DNA from: Candidatus Omnitrophota bacterium
Lineage (GTDB): Bacteria; Omnitrophota; Gorgyraeia; Zapsychrales; JANLHA01
Length of the DNA: 58,854 nucleotides
Assembly: GCA_020849375.1 (NCBI GenBank)
Contig: JADLGJ010000087.1
Span: 1-58,854, forward strand
Direction of reading: 5' to 3'
Part shown: piece after piece, positions 42,066 to 51,851 of the stretch
Numbering within the stretch: the first letter of the stretch is position 1
How the letters are laid out: every line of letters begins with the position of its first letter
The notes under the pieces: generated by a model
The model's input: the letters and a program-made list of their open reading frames with translations, nothing else
What the model was told of the DNA's origin: nothing
Databases searched by the model: none
Made by a program: the position numbers and the translations under genes

Positions 42066-42100
42066 AACTTCCGGAGCGCTGTGAGAACGCCCCGGAAGTT
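42066..42100 (-). terminator. candidate intrinsic terminator after sodA
   Basis: A stem pairs AACTTCCGG with CCGGAAGTT (9 bp). Three further GC pairs follow after one mismatch, and the loop is about 9 nt. On the minus strand the stem is followed by ATTTCT, a weak U tract. Confidence 0.4.
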
Positions 42101-42107
42101 AAACATT

Positions 42108-42728
42108 TTATTTAGCTGCTGCGTAATTTTTCGCTGCGGCATTCCAATCTACCACATTCCAAAAAGCGGCAATATAATCGGGCCGGCGGTTCTGATAATT
42201 TAAGTAATAAGCATGCTCCCAAACGTCCAAACCGATGACCGGTTTTCCCTTGAGGTCAGAGACGTCCATGAGAGGATTATCCTGGTTAGGTGTCGAACCG
42301 ATGACCAATTTGCCTCCGCTGACAACTAACCACGCCCAGCCGCTACCGAAACGGGTTGTCGCCGCTTGGGCGAATTTTTCTTTGAAGGCATCAAAGCTGC
42401 CGAAATCGCGGTCGATCGCTGTAGCCAATTCCCCGCTCGGTTTTCCGCCGCCTTTGGCACTGAGAATGGTCCAGAACATCGCGTGATTCCAATGCCCGCC
42501 GCCGTTGTTGCGGACAGCCCCACGGATCGCTTCCGGAATATCCGCGATCTTGTTGATCAGTTGCTCGATCGTTTTGCTTTCAAGTTCAGGCTTGCCTTCC
42601 AAGGCTTTATTTAAATTATTCACGTAAGCGGCGTGATGCTTGCCGTGATGGATCTCCATGGTTTTTGCGTCAATGTGCGGTTCGAGCGCATTGGTCGCAT
42701 AAGGTAATGCCGGTAAAGAAAAAGCCAT
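42108..42728 (-). CDS. sodA: superoxide dismutase, Mn-type signature
   Basis: [28 protein letters not shown] and DVWEHAYYL are present. NNGGGHWNH and NQDNP are Mn-SOD-type discriminators. Confidence 0.9.
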   Translation of the reverse strand: MAFSLPALPYATNALEPHIDAKTMEIHHGKHHAAYVNNLNKALEGKPELESKTIEQLINKIADIPEAIRGAVRNNGGGHWNHAMFWTILSAKGGGKPSGELATAIDRDFGSFDAFKEKFAQAATTRFGSGWAWLVVSGGKLVIGSTPNQDNPLMDVSDLKGKPVIGLDVWEHAYYLNYQNRRPDYIAAFWNVVDWNAAAKNYAAAK

Positions 42729-42737
42729 ATGTCCCCC

Positions 42738-43283
42738 TTATTTGAGTGCTTTCAATGCGGTTAAAGCGGCGTCGTAATTCGGTTCTTTCGCGACTTCGCT
42801 GACGATCTCTTTATACTGGATCTTTCCGGCCGTGTCGATCACTAAAACAGCACGTGCCAAAAGGCGTAAACCTTTGATCAAAAGGCCATAGGTTTCACCG
42901 AAGGACGCATAGCGGTAATCTGAAACAGTTTGGATCTTATCGCTGGCATTGGCCCCTGCGGCTACGCCTGCGGCTGCGCCGCACCATCTTTTTTGTGCGA
43001 ACGGAAGGTCCATACTGATGGTCAAGATCTTAACGCTGTCACCGAGCTTACCAGCTTCAGTATTAAAGCGTTTGGTTTGAAGGTCGCAGACCGGCGTATC
43101 CAAAGATGGGACGGCGGAAATGATCAATTTTTTACCGATGAATGACGAGATCTTAACTTCTGAAAGGTCGTTAGCGACTACGGTCGCATCCGGTGCTTCT
43201 TGCCCGACGCTAACATCTGGCCCGAGCAGGGTCAGCGGATTGCCTTTCATTGTTGTAATATTGTTGCGTTCCATAACTGTCAT
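42738..43283 (-). CDS. tpx: thiol peroxidase (atypical 2-Cys peroxiredoxin Tpx)
   Basis: The product contains SAVPSLDTPVCDLQTKRFN and ..QKRWCGAA.. The C-terminus is LARAVLVIDTAGKIQYKEIV.EVAKEPNYDAAL. AAGGAG lies 6 nt upstream of the ATG at 43283. Confidence 0.9.
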   Translation of the reverse strand: MTVMERNNITTMKGNPLTLLGPDVSVGQEAPDATVVANDLSEVKISSFIGKKLIISAVPSLDTPVCDLQTKRFNTEAGKLGDSVKILTISMDLPFAQKRWCGAAAGVAAGANASDKIQTVSDYRYASFGETYGLLIKGLRLLARAVLVIDTAGKIQYKEIVSEVAKEPNYDAALTALKALK

Positions 43284-43458
43284 GTACGACTCCTTTTCGG
43301 TTCAAGCCGAAGTTGAGTGTTGTTTTAAAATTTGAGTGCCGAGCCTAGCGGTCAGGGCTTTCAAATTCATGCAAAATTCCTCGAAAGGTTGATCGTGTTC
43401 GAGAAGCTTACGTATATTACAATTTTTGGAAAATTTGTCAACAGAAGAAAGGAAGCTG

Positions 43459-43872
43459 ATGTATAATCCTTTCATGTTCACATACAAAACAACGATAAAA
43501 CTGCATGAAACCGACGCGGCCGGCCTTCTTTTCTTTAGCCAGCAATTTAAATTGATCCATGACGCTTACGAAGAGTTGCTTGATAGCCGCGGGATCGGGT
43601 TCGCGGTCATGCTCAAGAAGAAAAGTTATTTCCTCCCGATCGTCCATGCCGAAGCGGATTATAAAAAGCCACTTTTTGTCGGCGACCGGTTGACCATTGA
43701 GGTCCGTGTCGGCCACGTCGGGGAAACGTCTTTTTCCTTTGTTTACCTTCTTTTAAAAGATAAAAAAACCGTGGTCGGTACGGGAAAAACCGTCCATGTC
43801 ACGGTCTCGAAGAAGACGGGCAAAGGAATCCCTCTCCCAACTGAAATGCGTAAAGCCCTAACGAAGGTTTAA
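43459..43872 (+). CDS. hotdog-fold (4HBT) acyl-CoA thioesterase, likely 1,4-dihydroxy-2-naphthoyl-CoA hydrolase
   Basis: The start is the ATG at 43459, after AAGGAAG. The product contains IKLHETDAAGLLFF and LPIVHAEADYKKPLFVGDRL. The men context supports the specific call. Confidence 0.6.
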   Translation: MYNPFMFTYKTTIKLHETDAAGLLFFSQQFKLIHDAYEELLDSRGIGFAVMLKKKSYFLPIVHAEADYKKPLFVGDRLTIEVRVGHVGETSFSFVYLLLKDKKTVVGTGKTVHVTVSKKTGKGIPLPTEMRKALTKV

Positions 43873-45015
43873 CCACGCGAATAAAGTTTGCCGATCCGGT
43901 TTCATTCCATGCTGGGTGTATTCTTTTGGAAAGTCGCGGTAGGTTTGCGGGACCTTAAAAGACGGCAATGTTTTCTTGAGCTGACGGATGATCTTTGTTG
44001 CCGTCAGTTTTTGTTTTTGATGCGGCTTAATGAAAGCGAGCGGCCGGAAACCGAATTCAATATTTTTGACCGGAACAACGACGGCATTTTCAAACCATCC
44101 TGTGTTAAATAAAGCTTTTTCAATTTCTTCCGGATAAATATTCTCTCCCCCTGAAATGAACATGTTGTCCTTGCGGCCTAAGATCTTTAGTCCTTCCTTC
44201 TTGCTGAACGTTCCGAGATCTCCGGTGTGGAACCAGCCGTTTTTATCGAAGGGTTTCTGTAGCTTGCCGTTCTTAAGGTATCCCAAAAATAAAGTTTTTC
44301 CGCGGACCAGGATTTCATTATTGACAATCTTTAATTCTCGATGATCGAGCGGTTGCAGTGGACCGAACGGCTTTTGGCTCGTCGCTACTTGCGAAGCCAT
44401 TTCTGTAAGCCCATATGTCATATAAATGGGAAGTTTTAGTCTTTTTGCTTTATTTAGTAGGTCGTCGGGGATCGGCGCGCCGCCCAAGAGAATGCATTTT
44501 AGTTTTTTGAGAATTTTAATATCCTGCTTCTTTTCTAGCAGGCGCAATAATTGCGTAGGCACGAGTGAAACATGGGTTATTGCGAGCTCGCTGATATTGG
44601 CGGCTAAATCTTTTTTCTTTGGGAAAACAATATCCCCTCCCCCTAACATACACCGCCAGAGGATCCCCATGCCGCTGACATGGTACAAGGGTAAAGATAA
44701 AAGCCAGCGGTCCCCCGGCTGGACGGCAATATTTTGATTAGAACCCACCGCGTTGAAATAGTGGTTTTCCAGCGAATGAACAACGGCTTTGGCTTCCCCG
44801 CTGCTTCCCGACGTGAATATGATCGTGGACGCGTTCTTTAATTGTGAAGGCAAAGAGGCGATTTGCTGATCGATCTCGGCTTTGGAACTGCGCGGGCTCA
44901 CTAAACAAACAGCCGCGCCGAGTTTCCAGATCTTAAAAAAGGTTGCGATGTCTTCTGGGGTTTGTTTTGGAGCGTAGGGATACAGTGCTCCCTTTCTCAG
45001 GCGTTGTGGGGTCAT
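43858..45015 (-). CDS. menE: o-succinylbenzoate--CoA ligase (short form, AMP-binding family)
   Basis: The product contains IIFTSGSSGEAKAV, YGLTE and GWFHTGDLG. It is 385 aa. The start makes an ATGA overlap with the menC stop. Confidence 0.75.
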   Translation of the reverse strand: MTPQRLRKGALYPYAPKQTPEDIATFFKIWKLGAAVCLVSPRSSKAEIDQQIASLPSQLKNASTIIFTSGSSGEAKAVVHSLENHYFNAVGSNQNIAVQPGDRWLLSLPLYHVSGMGILWRCMLGGGDIVFPKKKDLAANISELAITHVSLVPTQLLRLLEKKQDIKILKKLKCILLGGAPIPDDLLNKAKRLKLPIYMTYGLTEMASQVATSQKPFGPLQPLDHRELKIVNNEILVRGKTLFLGYLKNGKLQKPFDKNGWFHTGDLGTFSKKEGLKILGRKDNMFISGGENIYPEEIEKALFNTGWFENAVVVPVKNIEFGFRPLAFIKPHQKQKLTATKIIRQLKKTLPSFKVPQTYRDFPKEYTQHGMKPDRQTLFAWLNLR

Positions 45016-46115
45016 TCGATTTCGCGGGTGAAATTTGGATCGAGCTGCAAATGATCAAGTTGGCACTCTTCGATCGCCAGGCGGCCGCGGTTCGCGTGTA
45101 TCGGTGTGGATATGACGTCACCGCTAAACCATTTACCCGTATCAAGCCCGACGGCGCTGTGTTTTGAAAAACAGGACGCGAGATTGGCTAAAGCGCGCAA
45201 GCCGACACCCGACTCAAATGTTGATGTGATCACGGTATGAAGGCCGTAGGCATGGGCTTCTTCGGCCATGTGGCTGATCTTTTCGATACCGCCGAGGATG
45301 GTGGGCTTCAAAATAACGGTTTCCACCCCGTCGAGGGATTTGATGTCGCGCAAACTGTGCTGTTTGAGCGATTCATCTATCGCGACCGGGATCAAGGTCT
45401 CTTCATAAAATTCGGGAACTTTTAGAAAATCTTTTAGCGGTTCTTCAATATACTCGATAGACCCGAAATCAATGGCTTTGGAAAATTGGAACGCTTCATC
45501 AATGTCCCACGCTTTATTGGCATCGAGCCGTAAGATCGCGCGGCCGGCGAGCAGATCAGTGAGGCTGTTGACGGTCTTAATATCATTCGCGACCGGTGCG
45601 TGTCCGACCTTGAGTTTGAGCGTTTGATAGCCCTGCACCACCAACTGTTCCGCATCTTTTAAGAGTGTGGGACTGGTTCCATCGAGAAGTCCGTTCACAG
45701 GGATCGCGGTTTGGAAATTTTCATCAATAAGACTGGCAAAGGTTTTTTTGTGGTTCGCCGCTTTGAGAGAAAGCACGGCCGTTTCGATGCCGAAGCGGAC
45801 GGACGGGGCTAATGCCAGGCCGTCGAGCCAATCGCTGAACTTGCCGCCCTTTTGGCCGAGGCTGGCCGGCAGGTTCTGCCCGTTAAATTTCGCCTTTAAT
45901 TGTTGAAGTTGGGCCAGGACAATGTCGGGCATTTCGACGCTCACGCCGGATAATGGGGCGGTCTCGCCATAGCCGGTATTACCGTTCTCATCGGACAATT
46001 TGATGATATAGCCTTCCCGTTTTGAATTATTTTTAGCAAGCCCGGGTAAAGCCCGTGATAACGGTAACTGATAAGAATAAATTCTAAAGTCGGAGATCCG
46101 CATAAAGCCATCCAA
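45012..46115 (-). CDS. menC: o-succinylbenzoate synthase (enolase superfamily)
   Basis: The 367-aa product contains LKLKVG, RLDANKAW, IEYIEEP and VAIDES metal-ligand motifs. The start may be M1 (46115) or M5 (46103). Confidence 0.8.
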   Translation of the reverse strand: MDGFMRISDFRIYSYQLPLSRALPGLAKNNSKREGYIIKLSDENGNTGYGETAPLSGVSVEMPDIVLAQLQQLKAKFNGQNLPASLGQKGGKFSDWLDGLALAPSVRFGIETAVLSLKAANHKKTFASLIDENFQTAIPVNGLLDGTSPTLLKDAEQLVVQGYQTLKLKVGHAPVANDIKTVNSLTDLLAGRAILRLDANKAWDIDEAFQFSKAIDFGSIEYIEEPLKDFLKVPEFYEETLIPVAIDESLKQHSLRDIKSLDGVETVILKPTILGGIEKISHMAEEAHAYGLHTVITSTFESGVGLRALANLASCFSKHSAVGLDTGKWFSGDVISTPIHANRGRLAIEECQLDHLQLDPNFTREIE

Positions 46116-46983
46116 ATGAAAACAAGAGTGAGTAAAGTAGTAAGAGCAGCCCGGTATCCGCGAGAGCGCGGTTTAAGGATGGCCCGTCCGTGTTTTTAAA
46201 GACCGCACGTAAAGCGGTTGTGGTAAAAAACATAAACCCTGACGCAAAAAATATTTCCGCCCGTTCGCGGATCAGCATAAAGATGACCATCGGCATACAA
46301 GCAGCGGTACACAGCATTAAAAAATACTGCGCTTGGGAAAACTCAACACCGAAGCGTACTGCTAAAGACCGTTTGTTCGCTTTACGGTCGGTTTCAATGT
46401 CGCGCAAATTATTGACGACCAGGATCGCGGCGGAGATCAACCCCGGCGCCACACCGGCGAGAAGAACGGCCGGATTGATCTCGAGGGTTTGGATGTAATA
46501 CGTTCCCCCGACAGCGACCGGCCCGAAAAAAATAAAAGCAAAGATCTCCCCCAGCCCATTGTAGCCGAGCGGCTTTGGCCCGGCAGTATACAAGATCCCT
46601 GATGCGATCGAAGCGACACCGATGGCTAAGAGCGGCCAGCCGCCGCGCAATGAGAGTTGAAAGGCGATCACGAGCGCCACACCGAACGCGAGAAAATAGG
46701 CGATCTTTACGGTTGCTGGTGCGATCAAGCCGGCTTGTGTGACACGGATCGGGCCGACCCGTTCTTTCGTGTCGGTCCCCTTTTTGAAATCATAATAGTC
46801 GTTGGCGAGATTCGTGCCGATCTGGATGACGAGTGCGCCCAAAAAGCAAAGCGCTGCACTTTTAAGATGAAAACCGCCGTCGCCTATCGCCATCGCGGTC
46901 CCTAAAATAACGGGAGAGACCGCCGCCGGTAAAGTTTTGGGACGGCAGGCCATCAGCCAGATCTGGAATTTTGAAAGAGCCAT
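46084..46983 (-). CDS. menA: 1,4-dihydroxy-2-naphthoate polyprenyltransferase (UbiA family)
   Basis: The 299-aa product is polytopic. It contains RPKTLPAAVSPV, NLANDYYDFKKGTD and NNLRDIETDRKANKRSLAV. Confidence 0.9.
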   Translation of the reverse strand: MALSKFQIWLMACRPKTLPAAVSPVILGTAMAIGDGGFHLKSAALCFLGALVIQIGTNLANDYYDFKKGTDTKERVGPIRVTQAGLIAPATVKIAYFLAFGVALVIAFQLSLRGGWPLLAIGVASIASGILYTAGPKPLGYNGLGEIFAFIFFGPVAVGGTYYIQTLEINPAVLLAGVAPGLISAAILVVNNLRDIETDRKANKRSLAVRFGVEFSQAQYFLMLCTAACMPMVIFMLIRERAEIFFASGFMFFTTTALRAVFKNTDGPSLNRALADTGLLLLLYSLLFSFGWLYADLRL

Positions 46984-47010
46984 AAATTTATAATTGCACC
47001 CTGAGGGGAC

Positions 47011-47835
47011 TCAAGGACGTTTAGGAAACTTTGCGAAATTCGGTTTGCGTTTTTCTAAGAACGCATTGCGGCCTTCTTGTCCTTCTTCGGTCATATAAAA
47101 GAGCATGGTCGCGTTACCGGCGAGTTCTTGCAATCCGGCTTGGCCGTCGCAGTCGGCATTGAGGCTTGCCTTAAGACAGCGGATGGCCATCGGCGAGTTC
47201 GCTAAAATTTCACGGCACCATTTGACGGTTTCGGCTTCTAATTTTTTGTAAGGGACAACGGTATTGGCAAGGCCCATTTCGAGAGCTTGTTTGGCATTGT
47301 ATTGACGGCAAAGGAACCAGATCTCTCTCGCTTTTTTCTGTCCGACGATGCGGGCCATGTAGCTTGAACCGTATCCGCCGTCAAAAGAACCGACCTTGGG
47401 GCCGGTCTGTCCGAAGATCGCATTGTCCGCGGCGATCGTGAGGTCGCAGATCAGTTGCAGGATTTGCCCGCCGCCAACCGCATAACCCGCGACCATGGCG
47501 ATGACCGGCTTAGGACAGGTGCGGATCTGGCGTTGCAGATCAAGCACGTTAAGGCGATGGATCCCTTTATCATCTTTATAGCCGGCCGTCCCACGGATCT
47601 TTTGGTCGCCGCCGGAACAAAAGGCGTGTTTCCCTTCCCCGGTCAAAATGATAACACCGATCTTCTCATCATCGCGCGCTTCGCTTAAGGCCGTTGACAT
47701 CTCAACGACGGTCAAAGGGCGGAACGCGTTGCGGACCTGCGGCCGGTTGATGGTGATCTTCGCGATCCCTTCGGCTTTGTGGTATTTGATATCGGTAAAA
47801 GTCCCTGCAGATTTCCAGTTGATCTTTGATTTCAT
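47011..47835 (-). CDS. menB: 1,4-dihydroxy-2-naphthoyl-CoA synthase (crotonase family)
   Basis: The 274-aa product contains [38 protein letters not shown] and [11 protein letters not shown]. Confidence 0.95.
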   Translation of the reverse strand: MKSKINWKSAGTFTDIKYHKAEGIAKITINRPQVRNAFRPLTVVEMSTALSEARDDEKIGVIILTGEGKHAFCSGGDQKIRGTAGYKDDKGIHRLNVLDLQRQIRTCPKPVIAMVAGYAVGGGQILQLICDLTIAADNAIFGQTGPKVGSFDGGYGSSYMARIVGQKKAREIWFLCRQYNAKQALEMGLANTVVPYKKLEAETVKWCREILANSPMAIRCLKASLNADCDGQAGLQELAGNATMLFYMTEEGQEGRNAFLEKRKPNFAKFPKRP

Positions 47836-47955
47836 AGCGATCCTTTGTAAAAATGTTCCTCAAATATATCAACAATTCGAAGGATTGCCAAGCGAAAGTT
47901 CGACCGAGTACGCAATGTGCGAGGGAGTGCCGAGCCCTCCGGGCGAGGCGTTCCT

Positions 47956-49227
47956 CTAAATTTCCTGCCACTGGACGGTATTGACGATAAACGGGGTGAA
48001 CGGGATGGTGCGGTTATTGCTCAGATCCGGGTTAAAATCATAATTACGGGTACTAAAAACATTCAAGTCAACAGAATTTGTCCCTGTCCCGCGGACGGAA
48101 ATCGAGCCTTTAAAGTTCAGTTGTCCTTTTGAGTATTTGGGCCCGTTGGCAACGAAGGAGCCTTTGCTTCCGGCAACTCCACCGTCAGCCAAAACAAAAC
48201 CTTCGACATCCAGATCGCCGGCTGGTGCGGTCGTTTCAGGGATGATCACATCCCCTTTGGCGAACAGGCCGATCTGAGGCGGTGCGGTCGCGGATGGGTC
48301 AGCGACAATATTACCGTCAATATAGATATTCCCTGAGGAAACGATCAGTACGGAATGATCGTATTGTCCCATGATGTTCACGTCACCTTCAGCATAGATG
48401 ATCTGCGGCTGGAACGGGTCTGGTGCGCTGGGATTAAGGCTGGCTAAATTCTCAAGATTGATCGTTAATCCACCGGCATTGTAGTAGCCCAGGTTCGTTG
48501 ATGCCAAGTCTTGTGCAAGGGTTTTATAACGGTTAAGGTCAACCCCGGCGAAAGTGATCGAAGGAGATTTTTTAACCGATTTCCCAACCCCAAAGATAAC
48601 GGCCGGATTAGTCTCCCCTGTTTTACTGTTGATGTAGTAGACATCACCGTTGACATGGATCTGATTATCGGGCGTAGGCAATGACCCATTGATGTCAAAA
48701 TAAACATCTTTTGCTAAAGTGTCGGCGTTGAGCTGTGACCCGCTCGTCATGTGAAGCGGCCCGAGGGTTGAAATGAGAAAACGTGTCGGGCTTTCCACGA
48801 TGACACGGGCTTTGATCGTGCGGGTGATCAGTTGTTCCGAATCCTTGCCGATTGCCGTGATCCAGCGGCTTTCCCAGCCATTGAATGCCGCCGCATCCTC
48901 GACGGTGATCGAATAAAAACCGATCGTTTGGGCTACTCCGGCGACCGTAATATCGAATGCTTGGTCAACGATGGCGGGAACCCCGCCCTGTCCGGGTTTC
49001 CATGAACCATTTTGGCGTAAATTATAGATCGCGGTATCGATTCCTGTTTCTGCGGCGTAAAAGGCCTGTTGCCTGCTGTGGCGTTGCGCGACTTCTTGTC
49101 GTTGTACGTCCGACCGCAACATCGCCGCACCTAGCAGGACCGAAAGAAATACGGTCACAACAAGGCTGAGCAATAAGATCGCTCCCTGTTCATTGGTGCG
49201 GAATTTGTATGGGGATCTTCTTTTCAT
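47956..49227 (-). CDS. PilX-N-like pilus-associated protein with repetitive beta-rich C-terminal region
   Basis: The 423-aa N-terminus (EQGAILLLSLVVTVFLSVLLGAAMLRSDV...QQAFYAAETGIDTAI) fits the PilX_N pattern. The remainder contains GDV.I.G..... repeat-like segments. Confidence 0.55.
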   Translation of the reverse strand: MKRRSPYKFRTNEQGAILLLSLVVTVFLSVLLGAAMLRSDVQRQEVAQRHSRQQAFYAAETGIDTAIYNLRQNGSWKPGQGGVPAIVDQAFDITVAGVAQTIGFYSITVEDAAAFNGWESRWITAIGKDSEQLITRTIKARVIVESPTRFLISTLGPLHMTSGSQLNADTLAKDVYFDINGSLPTPDNQIHVNGDVYYINSKTGETNPAVIFGVGKSVKKSPSITFAGVDLNRYKTLAQDLASTNLGYYNAGGLTINLENLASLNPSAPDPFQPQIIYAEGDVNIMGQYDHSVLIVSSGNIYIDGNIVADPSATAPPQIGLFAKGDVIIPETTAPAGDLDVEGFVLADGGVAGSKGSFVANGPKYSKGQLNFKGSISVRGTGTNSVDLNVFSTRNYDFNPDLSNNRTIPFTPFIVNTVQWQEI

Positions 49228-49230
49228 CGC

Positions 49231-49701
49231 TTAATTTCTCGGTAAAACTTCTGTTGAGGCATTGATGTGAATATCGCGTGAGAACACCGACTCTTTCAAT
49301 TGTAAGTCAACGATCAGGTCTTTGCCGTTTTTTGTAAAATTGGAATTTGCAAAAACCGCATGGGTGCTGAAGGTCTTGACGGCGGCACCTTTTGTGCTGG
49401 TTAAGATGCCGGTGTCCGTGATCGTAAAAGTTGTGACTGAATTATCTGCAGCATTCGTGAATGCCGCACTTTTTGCGGCTGCGGTCACCGTCACATCTAT
49501 CATTCTGGCATTCCGGCCCTCGACCGACATTTGTTCAAAGCATTGATTGGCTTCGCTCCAAAGATTGGCCCGTCGGATACGGTCCTCATAAGCCGACCAA
49601 TTATTAACGAAAACACTGCTGAATAACCCGACGCCGACTGCGACCACCAAGAGCGTGACCACCAATTCGGTAAGGGTAAAGCCCTTTCGCCCTGCGGTCA
49701 T
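49231..49701 (-). CDS. prepilin-type minor pilin / pseudopilin
   Basis: The N-terminus is MTAGRKG/FTLTELVVTLLVVAVGVGLF. The product is 156 aa. Confidence 0.75.
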   Translation of the reverse strand: MTAGRKGFTLTELVVTLLVVAVGVGLFSSVFVNNWSAYEDRIRRANLWSEANQCFEQMSVEGRNARMIDVTVTAAAKSAAFTNAADNSVTTFTITDTGILTSTKGAAVKTFSTHAVFANSNFTKNGKDLIVDLQLKESVFSRDIHINASTEVLPRN

Positions 49702-49702
49702 T

Positions 49703-51838
49703 TTAGGTCCCCCCGGAAGGCGTCAGCTTAACATCGATCGTTAGGGTATCGCCTTTTTGTAAGATCGGGATCCCTCTGGAATCTGAGCTGTAAAATCCAG
49801 ACGGATGTGTTGTGTTCAGGGCGTGCCCGCGCGGCGTTTGATTATAATAAGGATCACCCGGTAGTCCGACCGGCGGCCAGGTTTCGAGCGTGTTATTAAA
49901 CGTCGCTTTTCCGTCCGCAACTGTCGTTAACGTGATGTCACCGCCGTTATAGGTTTGCAGTCTGACCTTTGCCCCGCTGATCGGGAAATTCGTCCCGGCA
50001 TCAAGAACGTTGACGATCACTTTTCCTGCCCCCACCGGCCATAACTTCGCATCATAATCAACGATCAAGTTGGTTTTGATGTTGACGCTGGGAGCTGGGG
50101 AATACCAATAATTCCCGGCGCTGTCATAACCGTAATAGGAGCCTAATGAGGCATAAAAACGTGAAAGTCCGACGGGTAAACGATACCCGGTGCTGGCGCA
50201 TTGATAAATATAATCTCCGGCGCCTGCGGTATTGGTCCCGACCCCCTGAACGTTGACGCCCGCGCCGTTGAGAGCCGCTCCGCTGGAGCCATCCTTGATC
50301 ACACCTTTCACATTGCCGCAGGTTAAATTCCCGGCATCGGGGATCACCATATCGGGAGCATTGACCGTGCTGCCTTCGAAAAGATTTGTCACCGCCAGAT
50401 AACTATATTTAAGAACTTGTTGCGGAGAATCACAGCATCCCGTAAATGGCATATTGTGTTCGGCGCGCAGTGTTAAAGCCCCGGAGCCATTGTTGGCGAA
50501 CATTTCTTGCACCGCCGGAACGAGATAGTTGTAATTCCCGCTTGCATCAGTTGTCGTGGTGATGTAAGCGCTATTTTTTCTCCACCAGCTATTACCGTCA
50601 GGCCAACGTGCGTAAAGAACTGCGCCAGCCAACCCGTTTCCAACACTATCAACGACTTTTCCTTTGACCGTTGCCATAGGCACAGGATATAGCGGAACGT
50701 CAACAGGGAAATCATCCCCTGGATTAACGATGATCCGATCTGTCGCAATTGAGCCATTAAAAGGATTGGTGCATATCAAAGACGCATCTGCCTGTTCAAC
50801 AGCCGATGACCAACCGTGAGGTTGATAATTGTATGTACAGCTGGGAGGCCCCAGCGAATTGGTTTTTGCGGCATATCCGGCGCGGTAAGCGTAATTATTG
50901 ACCACGGTAAATTTCTTTGGATTGACGTCGTTAAACGGCACAGTGACTACTAATGTAGATGCGTGGACAACACTGCCTATCACACGTCCGGTTTCGGTAA
51001 AGTCATCGATCAAATAAATATATGCGCTTTCAAAATTTGGTATAAGACTGGCGCCGTTGGCCATGTCTTTTACCTTGATAGTGACCTTTGCGTCCTTCGG
51101 TTTGGGGTCCATGAGAAAATCAACTGTTGTTTCGGCGTTCGATGTTACGGTGATATCAACGGTATGCGCATAGTTGTAATAACTGGGGTGAGTTGCGGTC
51201 AATTTCCATGTCCCGACCGGCAGGACAAAAGCTCCGGTGGTTGAATCATAAAAATCAAAATTTTCGCTTTTTGTACCGAGGCTCCCCTTTGAAGTTGTGG
51301 TCCGCGAGGTCGTATTCCCGACGAGAGTGACCGTGATCTGGGCATTGCTGATCAAAGCATTCCCTGTGGCGCTCGATCGTACCGTCCCGATAATATTTCC
51401 AGGTAAGGGGTCGGGCGGCCGTGCTAAAAGGACCGCGGAATTGAGGGATTTAAGGACGCCCTGGTCGGTCCATGTGACCGTGATAACCGCTTTCTTAAGT
51501 TCGGTGCTGCTGTTCTGTGGAGTGACGACAACACTGCGGTCATAACCGTTAAATTGTGCGCCCAAGGGCTGTAAACCACAGGCCAGATTCCCAGCCACAA
51601 ATGCGGGTCCGGGGAACTGGCAATTCTCAAGCGAATCGTAAAAACTTAACGACGCTTTACGCATTTCTTCTTGGCTTTTTTGGAGGAGATTGATCGCGAC
51701 GGTGCGGTTGCGGCTTAATTGTTCGCCGCGAAATAAAGTGCTTGCGGCAAACCAGCTGCAAGTGCTGATCGCCGCGATGACGATGATCCCCGTGAGCACT
51801 TCAACCAGGGTAAATGCAGATTTGACATTGCGTCTCAT
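49703..51838 (-). CDS. large (711 aa) pilin-like protein with several carboxypeptidase-regulatory-like beta-sandwich repeats
   Basis: The N-terminus is MRRNVKSA/FTLVEVLTGIIVIAAIS, which has Ala instead of Gly at -1. At least four G.V.D...G..L.GA.V-type repeats are present: IIGTVRSSATGNALISNAQITV, VKGKVVDSVGNGLAGAVLYA, VKGVIKDGSSGAALNGAGVNV and VIVNVLDAGTNFPISGAKVRL. Confidence 0.7.
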   Translation of the reverse strand: MRRNVKSAFTLVEVLTGIIVIAAISTCSWFAASTLFRGEQLSRNRTVAINLLQKSQEEMRKASLSFYDSLENCQFPGPAFVAGNLACGLQPLGAQFNGYDRSVVVTPQNSSTELKKAVITVTWTDQGVLKSLNSAVLLARPPDPLPGNIIGTVRSSATGNALISNAQITVTLVGNTTSRTTTSKGSLGTKSENFDFYDSTTGAFVLPVGTWKLTATHPSYYNYAHTVDITVTSNAETTVDFLMDPKPKDAKVTIKVKDMANGASLIPNFESAYIYLIDDFTETGRVIGSVVHASTLVVTVPFNDVNPKKFTVVNNYAYRAGYAAKTNSLGPPSCTYNYQPHGWSSAVEQADASLICTNPFNGSIATDRIIVNPGDDFPVDVPLYPVPMATVKGKVVDSVGNGLAGAVLYARWPDGNSWWRKNSAYITTTTDASGNYNYLVPAVQEMFANNGSGALTLRAEHNMPFTGCCDSPQQVLKYSYLAVTNLFEGSTVNAPDMVIPDAGNLTCGNVKGVIKDGSSGAALNGAGVNVQGVGTNTAGAGDYIYQCASTGYRLPVGLSRFYASLGSYYGYDSAGNYWYSPAPSVNIKTNLIVDYDAKLWPVGAGKVIVNVLDAGTNFPISGAKVRLQTYNGGDITLTTVADGKATFNNTLETWPPVGLPGDPYYNQTPRGHALNTTHPSGFYSSDSRGIPILQKGDTLTIDVKLTPSGGT

Positions 51839-51851
51839 GAAATGATGTTAT

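Noticed and set aside
42930-42990. Tpx carries an Ala/Gly-rich insertion (CGAAAGVAAGANAS) next to its resolving-Cys region.
   Set aside because: This is a short loop insertion relative to E. coli Tpx. The peroxidatic and resolving Cys contexts are intact, so I judged it ordinary sequence variation.
43302-43487. A 61-aa minus-strand ORF lies in the tpx/thioesterase divergent spacer.
   Set aside because: It has no SD and overlaps the likely promoter and start of the thioesterase gene. Its composition is unremarkable. It is probably non-coding.
43858-45015. MenE might be an N-terminally truncated pseudogene, since 385 aa is short compared with about 450-490 aa in E. coli or Bacillus.
   Set aside because: The start codon forms an ATGA overlap with the menC stop, all AMP-binding core motifs are intact, and short MenE forms exist in other phyla.
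47836-47955. A GC-rich segment (GAGGGAGTGCCGAGCCCTC) after the PilX-like gene might be a terminator.
   Set aside because: It offers only 4-5-bp stems and no U tract. That is not strong enough to call.
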